Assembly (NCBI GenBank): GCA_903827975.1
Contig: CAIKKG010000027.1
Span: forward strand, 5,403 to 69,402
Source: an uncultured bacterium
GTDB taxonomy: Bacteria > Patescibacteriota > Minisyncoccia > UBA6257 > GWB1-50-10
Length of the DNA: 64,000 nt
Direction: 5' to 3'
Shown here: piece after piece, positions 58,287 to 64,000 of the stretch
Numbering within the stretch: the stretch's first letter is position 1
Layout: every line of letters begins with the position of its first letter
Program-made: the position numbers and the translations under genes
The notes under the pieces: generated by a model
The model's input: the letters and a program-made list of their open reading frames with translations, nothing else
What the model was told of the DNA's origin: nothing
Databases searched by the model: none

Positions 58287-59606
58287 TTATTTGGTATACG
58301 AAGTGAATAAATATTTTACTGTGCGGACGAAGATTAGAAAATCTAAAAAGAGTGAACGATTCTTAATGTAGTACACATCATAACAAAGCTTCTCATATGC
58401 TTCTTCAAACGATGCACTTGGTCTGAAGCAGACCTGAGCCCATCCCGTGAGTCCCGGTTTAATCACATGGCGGATATCGTAGTAGGGGAATTTCTCGTAT
58501 TGGGCGGAGAGCTCTGTGCTCTCTGGTCTTGGTCCAACGAATGAAATATCATTTTTTAAAATATTTATGATTTGTGGAAGCTCATCTAAATGCGTGTAGC
58601 GTAAGAGTGCGCCAACCTTTGTGATGCGTGAATCATTTTTTTCTGTCCATGCTGGCCCACCCGTATTTGTGCGCATGGTTCTGAATTTATAAATAGTAAA
58701 TTTCTTTCCATTCTTTCCTGTTCGATCCTGTGTATAAATTACCGGACCCTTTGAGGAAAGTCTTATGAGCACAGCAATTAAAAGCGCTGGAAGAATAAAT
58801 ATTGCACCTACTAGAAGTGCGCCGAAAATATCCTCTGCGCGTTTTATCATGTCATAAGCTGGGCGTCGCGTGGAAATATTCTCAATAAACCAATTCTCCT
58901 CAAGTTCTTTTAATGGAGCCTTCTCAAAAATAGATTCATAAAAATCTGAAAAACTCACAACGGAGATTTCAAGTGGGAGTAATTTATATACCGAGCGGAC
59001 TGCTGAGAAGTCTTTTGAAATGCTGTGTTGCATTACGACGAGCTCAGCATTTTTTAAATGAATAATTTCTGCGAGTGAATCCAATTTTTCTTTTGTTGGA
59101 ATTTTAATCCATTCAACAATCTTGTAATCACTGTTCTTGTTCTCCTCAATGTATTTTGCAACATCATCTGTAAGAGGTGAGTCGCCGATAATAATTACGT
59201 TGAGTGCCCCAGACTTTGAAAAGTGAAGTGCTAGCATTCTCCAAAAATATGAAAATATGAGAAATATTCCCGCGAATAAAAATAGATTTGCGCGCGGGGT
59301 AAATTCAAAGAATTTAGGGAAGAGATAGAAGGCCATTATCGAGCCCATCGTTCCAATTACTATAGAGCGGAAAAGTGCTCTGAAAAGCCAGGCGCGATTT
59401 CCGAATGAGCGGTACTCGTAGAGGTTATTCCAATAGAAGGCTAGGCCCCAGATTAAGAGGATTGAGGTGAATGGGGGAAAGTGTACTAAAAAGCCCAAAC
59501 CAAGTGTGGAGGGGTTTTGATAGCGCACAATGATCATTGTGGCGAGTGCTGCGTAGAATACGAGGATGTCTCCCACAAGGAAAAGCCCCTTTTTTAGTGT
59601 ACCCAT
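58287..59606 (-). CDS. Initiating polyprenyl-phosphate sugar transferase (WbaP/WcaJ-like)
   Basis: KRAEDI, YKFRTM, DELPQ, VGPRPE, KPGLTGWAQ. Confidence 0.92.
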   Translation of the reverse strand: MGTLKKGLFLVGDILVFYAALATMIIVRYQNPSTLGLGFLVHFPPFTSILLIWGLAFYWNNLYEYRSFGNRAWLFRALFRSIVIGTMGSIMAFYLFPKFFEFTPRANLFLFAGIFLIFSYFWRMLALHFSKSGALNVIIIGDSPLTDDVAKYIEENKNSDYKIVEWIKIPTKEKLDSLAEIIHLKNAELVVMQHSISKDFSAVRSVYKLLPLEISVVSFSDFYESIFEKAPLKELEENWFIENISTRRPAYDMIKRAEDIFGALLVGAIFILPALLIAVLIRLSSKGPVIYTQDRTGKNGKKFTIYKFRTMRTNTGGPAWTEKNDSRITKVGALLRYTHLDELPQIINILKNDISFVGPRPESTELSAQYEKFPYYDIRHVIKPGLTGWAQVCFRPSASFEEAYEKLCYDVYYIKNRSLFLDFLIFVRTVKYLFTSYTK

Positions 59607-59779
59607 ATAATTAGGCTTATATTACCTTGTTTTTTACCTATTTGGAAGTAAAAAGGCATTGTGTCAAATTGACAAAACACGCCTTTAGTGCTATTATTTT
59701 TACAGTTCAACGGTTCGCTTTTGAGGCCCCGCATAGTGCGAGGATAAGAAAGTGGCCACTAATGTAATAGGGAGGTAGC

Positions 59780-60316
59780 ATGAACGGGAATAAAACATCC
59801 ACTGTAATGGCACTCGCACTTTCGAAGGCGGGCGTGAACGAAACAAAAAACACGTTCGTGAAGGTTGCGGACGTTCGAATCGCAGTTCCAACGAGCTGGA
59901 ATCACGGAACCGTGATTTCCGAGTTCAGCAAGGAATTCAGGAGCCAGGCCTTCAAGGTCGACAAGGATATCACCGATAGCCTGATCTCCACTCAGGGCTT
60001 CGTCCCTGGTCGCCAGTACAGGATGAGGCTGTTCAGTCACAACTCTGCCAGCATGGCATCCTGTCTCGAATTCCTCGAGTCTCAGGGCGCACTTCTGGTG
60101 GGTGCTCATGGCCTGGTGGCTGCAGCAATGCTGAAGCCCTACGAGCTGGTCATCAAGACCGGCAAGGAGGTCTTCTCGCTCGCCGAGCTTAAGGTCCTGC
60201 CGGTCTACGAGGATGGGACCCCGATGGTCCCCATCATGACCCGAGGCTTCTTCGGCCTCGTGCCGATCGACGCCATCTCGAGCGAGCATCTCATGCTCTG
60301 CGTCACCACAAAGTGA
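59780..60316 (+). CDS. GC-rich hypothetical protein in a promoter-SD-terminator cassette
   Basis: TTGACA-N17-TATTAT, AGGGAGG SD, C/G-ending codons, terminator at ~60336-60362. Confidence 0.7.
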   Translation: MNGNKTSTVMALALSKAGVNETKNTFVKVADVRIAVPTSWNHGTVISEFSKEFRSQAFKVDKDITDSLISTQGFVPGRQYRMRLFSHNSASMASCLEFLESQGALLVGAHGLVAAAMLKPYELVIKTGKEVFSLAELKVLPVYEDGTPMVPIMTRGFFGLVPIDAISSEHLMLCVTTK

Positions 60317-60406
60317 CTCAGAGTGCAAAATACCGAGCCCCATTAATTTGGGGCTCTTTTTTATTTATTTATTTGACGAGAAAAATGTATGGGGTAAACT
60401 TTATGA

Positions 60407-61147
60407 ATGGAAGAAAATAAAAATGAAACAAGTTCGAGGGGTAATGATAAGATGTTGCCAGCAAGTATTATAATTGCAGCAGTTCTTATTATGGTTGGTT
60501 TGGTTTATAACGCTGGTAAAAAAGATTTGTCTGCTGGAAATCAGGCTAATCAGTTAGCCGCAGCACAAAATCAGCCGACTCAGGAAACTGGCTCACCGGA
60601 AAAGGTTAGAGCATTTAGTAAAGAGGATCACGTTCTTGGAGATCCAAATGCTCCTGTAAAATTCATTATGTTTTCAGATTTCGAATGTCCATATTGTAAG
60701 ACATTTCATGAGACAGTGAAAAAATTATCAACTGAGTATGAAGGGAGGGTAGCATTTGTATTTCGTCAGTTTCCAATGCATTCAAAATCAGGAACTGAGG
60801 CTGTTGCGACAGAATGTGCAGCATCATTTGGAGGAAGCGAAAAGTTCTGGGCATTTGCAGATGAGATATTTGCAACAACTCCTTCAAACGACGGACTTGA
60901 CCTAGCACAACTTCCAAAGATTGCAGTAAAACTAGGATTCGATGAGGCTGCATTTAATACATGTCTTAAGAGTGGAAAATTTGAAGACAGAATTAAGGCA
61001 GACATGAAGGACGCATCAGCTGCGGGACTTCAGGGAACCCCATACACTGTTATCGTTGCACCGAGTGGAAATGTAATTACTGTTAACGGAGCATATCCTT
61101 ACGAGGCAGTAAAAGAGAAAATCGAACAGGCGTTAAAACTTAAATAA
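60407..61147 (+). CDS. DsbA/BdbD-family thiol-disulfide oxidoreductase
   Basis: TM; FSDFECPYC, GLQGTP. Confidence 0.92.
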   Translation: MEENKNETSSRGNDKMLPASIIIAAVLIMVGLVYNAGKKDLSAGNQANQLAAAQNQPTQETGSPEKVRAFSKEDHVLGDPNAPVKFIMFSDFECPYCKTFHETVKKLSTEYEGRVAFVFRQFPMHSKSGTEAVATECAASFGGSEKFWAFADEIFATTPSNDGLDLAQLPKIAVKLGFDEAAFNTCLKSGKFEDRIKADMKDASAAGLQGTPYTVIVAPSGNVITVNGAYPYEAVKEKIEQALKLK

Positions 61148-61160
61148 TTTCGCAATTAAT

Positions 61161-61325
61161 ATGCGATGGAATCATTGGACTATTTTGGGATTCGCCGGGT
61201 GGCTTTTCATCTCTCCATGGATATTAGGGTTTTCCGCATTTAATTTAGCTTTGTGGAATAATATATTGGTTGGTGGGTTTGTTGCACTTCTTGTTTTTTG
61301 GGATTTCGTACCACCAGAGGAATAA
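61161..61325 (+). CDS. SPW-repeat small membrane protein (54 aa, not in the ORF track)
   Basis: Manual translation MRWNHWTILGFAGWLFISPWILGFSAFNLALWNNILVGGFVALLVFWDFVPPEE. Confidence 0.8.
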   Translation: MRWNHWTILGFAGWLFISPWILGFSAFNLALWNNILVGGFVALLVFWDFVPPEE

Positions 61326-61353
61326 AGAATTTAAAAAATAAAAATATTAATAC

Positions 61354-62289
61354 ATGCATGATTTAATTATTATTGGTGGTGGTCCCGCTGGCGTTTCTGC
61401 TGGTATTTATGCAGCACGCAAAAAAATGAAGTCAGCGATCATAACAGATATGTTGAGTGGGCAGTCAGTTGTATCAGTAGATATTCAGAACTGGGTTGGT
61501 ACTCCATCTATTTCTGGATTTGATCTAGCTCAATCACTCGAGACACATCTTCGCGGGCAGGGTGGTATTGATATCATGGATGGTGAGCGCGCAATAAAGA
61601 TTGAAAAAAAAGAGGACGGCTCATTCTTGGTCACATTACAATCAGGAAAGACTATCGAGACAAAGAATATTTTATTAACAACTGGTAGCAGGCATAGAAA
61701 ACTAGGAACTCCAAACGAGGAAAGGTTTGAAGGACATGGACTTGTGTATTGTGCAATTTGTGATGCACCACTTTTCAAAGGAAAGGATGTTGCAGTTGTT
61801 GGCGGTGGAAACTCAGGCCTTGAGTCTGTAGTAGATCTCATGCAATATGCAAAAAAGATTTATCTTTTGCATCACGGAACAGCACTTAAGGGAGATCCGA
61901 CTACGCAGGAAAAAGTTTTAAATCATGAAAATGTTGAAGTTATTTTTAACGCCGAAACAAAAGAAATTCTAGGAGAAGATAAATTGGTTAATGGATTGGT
62001 ATACGAAGATTTAAAAACGGGGGAGAAAAAAACACTTTCAGTTCAGGGTGTGTTTGTTGAAATCGGCGTTCAGCCGAACAGTGAGCTCGTAAAAGATTTT
62101 GTAAATCTAAGCGAGTATGGACATATTATTGTTGATCCGAGAACGCAGAAAACATCTGCCCCAGGTATCTGGGCGGCCGGTGATGTTACAGATTGTCCTT
62201 ACAGGCAAAATAATATTTCTGCCGGTGATGCGATAAAAGCAGTTTTAAATATCTACGAAGATGTTTATGTTAGGGGAAAGAGTGTATAA
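61354..62289 (+). CDS. trxB: Thioredoxin reductase
   Basis: GGGPAG, CAICD, GGGNSG, AAGDVTD. Confidence 0.9.
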   Translation: MHDLIIIGGGPAGVSAGIYAARKKMKSAIITDMLSGQSVVSVDIQNWVGTPSISGFDLAQSLETHLRGQGGIDIMDGERAIKIEKKEDGSFLVTLQSGKTIETKNILLTTGSRHRKLGTPNEERFEGHGLVYCAICDAPLFKGKDVAVVGGGNSGLESVVDLMQYAKKIYLLHHGTALKGDPTTQEKVLNHENVEVIFNAETKEILGEDKLVNGLVYEDLKTGEKKTLSVQGVFVEIGVQPNSELVKDFVNLSEYGHIIVDPRTQKTSAPGIWAAGDVTDCPYRQNNISAGDAIKAVLNIYEDVYVRGKSV

Positions 62290-62328
62290 AATGTTTTCAA
62301 ATTTATGAGTGTGCTATAATTTATCAAT

Positions 62329-62790
62329 ATGCGTATAAACAAATATTTACTTATCGGTATCGGGTTGGTCTTGTTAGCGGGCGTCTTCGGTGGAGTATCC
62401 TATTTCATGGGAGGTAGGTCATCTGACGATGTTAAGATGTCAGAGTTTACAGCGGTGTTCTTGAAGACAGGTGATTTGTACTTCGGAAAGGTTTCTAACT
62501 CACCAAACTTCGGTTTGAAACAGCCTTATGTTTTGCAGATTAACAACACAAGCAAGGAGAATCCTGTAAGCGTACAGAGATTCAATAAAGTATTCTGGGG
62601 TCCAGAAGATTTTATCAGTATCAATCGTGATGAGGTTGTATGGACAACACGTCTACGCGCTGACAGCAAGCTAGTGGAGACATTTATCAGCAATCCTGAT
62701 TTAACTCCTCCTGCAGAGTCAGCACAGAATGGAGCTTCTCAGGCAGTACCGCCTGCAGCAAAGGCACCAGTAGCAGAGCCAAAGCAATAA
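62329..62790 (+). CDS. Membrane-anchored hypothetical protein
   Basis: N-terminal TM; AVFLKTGDLYFGK..WGPEDFISINRD. Confidence 0.75.
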   Translation: MRINKYLLIGIGLVLLAGVFGGVSYFMGGRSSDDVKMSEFTAVFLKTGDLYFGKVSNSPNFGLKQPYVLQINNTSKENPVSVQRFNKVFWGPEDFISINRDEVVWTTRLRADSKLVETFISNPDLTPPAESAQNGASQAVPPAAKAPVAEPKQ

Positions 62791-62872
62791 TCAGAGTTGA
62801 TTTTAAAAATCCGATGCGACAAACCGCATCGGATTTTGCTATTATATATAGAAGGATGGGTAATCGCGTATT

Positions 62873-63316
62873 ATGCGAGAACAAGAAAATAATTTGCTAA
62901 AAAAAAGTATTAAGCGGGCAAATCAAAAACGGTCAGGACAGGCAACATTGTCATTCATCCTATTGGTGAGCGGTCTTGTTTTAGAAATCGCGATAGCGGG
63001 CACGTTCGTTACATATTTTTCAAGTATATCCGCGCTCGGTGAGAGGCTTTCCGCGAGAGCATTTACAGTCGCAAGTTCAGGTATACGCGATGCACAGATG
63101 CGACTCACTAGAAGTAAGAATTTTACTGGACAATTCACTTTGCAACTTGGCAGTGATTCTGCGATAGTTAATATAGCGCGTACCTCGAATATTTACACGG
63201 TGACTTCGGTTGGAGTTGCTGGTACTCGCCAGAGAAAATTTGTAGCAACTATAGTTGTTGATCAAGTATCTGGTGCTGTTGTTACGCAAGCAATAACTGA
63301 GCAGGCAGTCCAATAA
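62873..63316 (+). CDS. Minor pilin-like (PilX-type) protein
   Basis: RSGQATLSFILLV hydrophobic N-terminus; AFTVASSGIRDA; YTVTSVG. Confidence 0.6.
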   Translation: MREQENNLLKKSIKRANQKRSGQATLSFILLVSGLVLEIAIAGTFVTYFSSISALGERLSARAFTVASSGIRDAQMRLTRSKNFTGQFTLQLGSDSAIVNIARTSNIYTVTSVGVAGTRQRKFVATIVVDQVSGAVVTQAITEQAVQ

Positions 63317-63326
63317 CCTCATTTTT

Positions 63327-64000
63327 ATGGAAACTAAAAATCCTTGGGAAAAAATAAAATCATTTTTCACCGAACCCACACCTGGGCAACACAAAGATAT
63401 TCCGCATATCCCAGAAAACATCAAACAGAATTTAGAAGTTAATAAAAAGCCTAAAGAGGTTAATTTTACTGACGAGCCAAAGCCATTAGAGCAGTTCAAA
63501 TCATTTTTCAAGAAACTCGTAGAGGAACCAAAAAAAGAAACTCCTCATGCGCCAGAGGTTAAGAAAGTTGAAGCTCCGATTGTTAAACCAGTTGAGGTAA
63601 AGAAATCCACAACACCAAATCCATTTTCAAATTGGTTTAAGTCAGAGCCAAAGAAAGAAATGCCTCATGCACCAGAGGTTGTTAAGCACGCGCCTGAGGT
63701 AAAGAAGCCAGTGACACAAAATCCATTTTCTACATGGTTCAATTCTGTTATGAAGAAAGAAGCGCCAAAAGTAGAGGCACCAAAGAAAGAAACTCCTCAT
63801 GCGCCAGAGGTTAAGAAAGTTGAAGCTCCAGTTGTTAAACTAGTTGAGGTAAAGAAACCCGCAACACCAAATCCATTTTCAAATTGGTTTAAGTCAGAGC
63901 CAAAAAAAGAAATGCCTCATGCGCCAGAGGTAAAGAAAGTTGAAGCTCCAGTTATTAAACCTGTCTCCGAGATAAATAAATCATTTGAAAAAGTAACCTC
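63327..64000 (+). CDS. Partial ORF (runs off the window) with P/E/V/K-rich tandem repeats
   Basis: Manual translation METKNPWEKIKSFF... with repeated PKKE(T/M)PHAPEVKKVEAP and NPFS(N/T)WF; no stop before the window end. Confidence 0.8.
   Translation, partial: METKNPWEKIKSFFTEPTPGQHKDIPHIPENIKQNLEVNKKPKEVNFTDEPKPLEQFKSFFKKLVEEPKKETPHAPEVKKVEAPIVKPVEVKKSTTPNPFSNWFKSEPKKEMPHAPEVVKHAPEVKKPVTQNPFSTWFNSVMKKEAPKVEAPKKETPHAPEVKKVEAPVVKLVEVKKPATPNPFSNWFKSEPKKEMPHAPEVKKVEAPVIKPVSEINKSFEKVT

Noticed and set aside
59759-60343. 194-aa minus-strand ORF
   Set aside because: Antisense shadow of the GC-rich plus ORF, which has the promoter, SD and terminator.
63500-63960. CRISPR array
   Set aside because: The repeats are in-frame coding repeats without unique spacers, and no cas genes are in the window.
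1-64000. Alternative genetic code (TGA=Gly)
   Set aside because: Long conserved genes read without in-frame TGA, and TGA terminates ORFs at 1936, 22978, 48218 and 60316.

Overview
Low-GC bacterial chromosomal window. Gene content (pilin-like proteins, a large PG-binding S-layer-like protein, many ORFans, SD-less core genes, TGA used as stop) fits a Patescibacteria/CPR (Parcubacteria-like) genome; this is inference, not a database result. Housekeeping genes include trpS, rnj, secG, gpmI, rny, HU, rlmH, an ECF sigma/anti-sigma pair, znuBC, iscS, htrA, clpB (with a CIRCE operator), dsbA and trxB. A ~24 kb S-layer/glycan locus spans 35.7-59.6 kb. There are six tRNA genes, and tRNA-Phe(GAA) is split by a 223-nt group I intron that appears to lack P9. 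The strongest unexplained signal is that four of the six tRNAs (Gly, Phe, Pro, His) are followed by a small non-coding element: an antisense copy of that tRNA's own T-arm, a conserved structured core (two families shared between different tRNAs), and in three cases a direct copy of the tRNA 3' end plus terminator. Other signals are two tandem GC-rich promoter-RNA-terminator units without a credible ORF (29.0-29.5 kb), ten SD-led single-gene cassettes in a genome whose core genes are leaderless or SD-less, a recurrent GTCGA leader motif, a three-site ECF promoter motif, and an ArfB-like protein with GGH in place of GGQ. All calls come from reading the sequence; no searches or folding programs were run.
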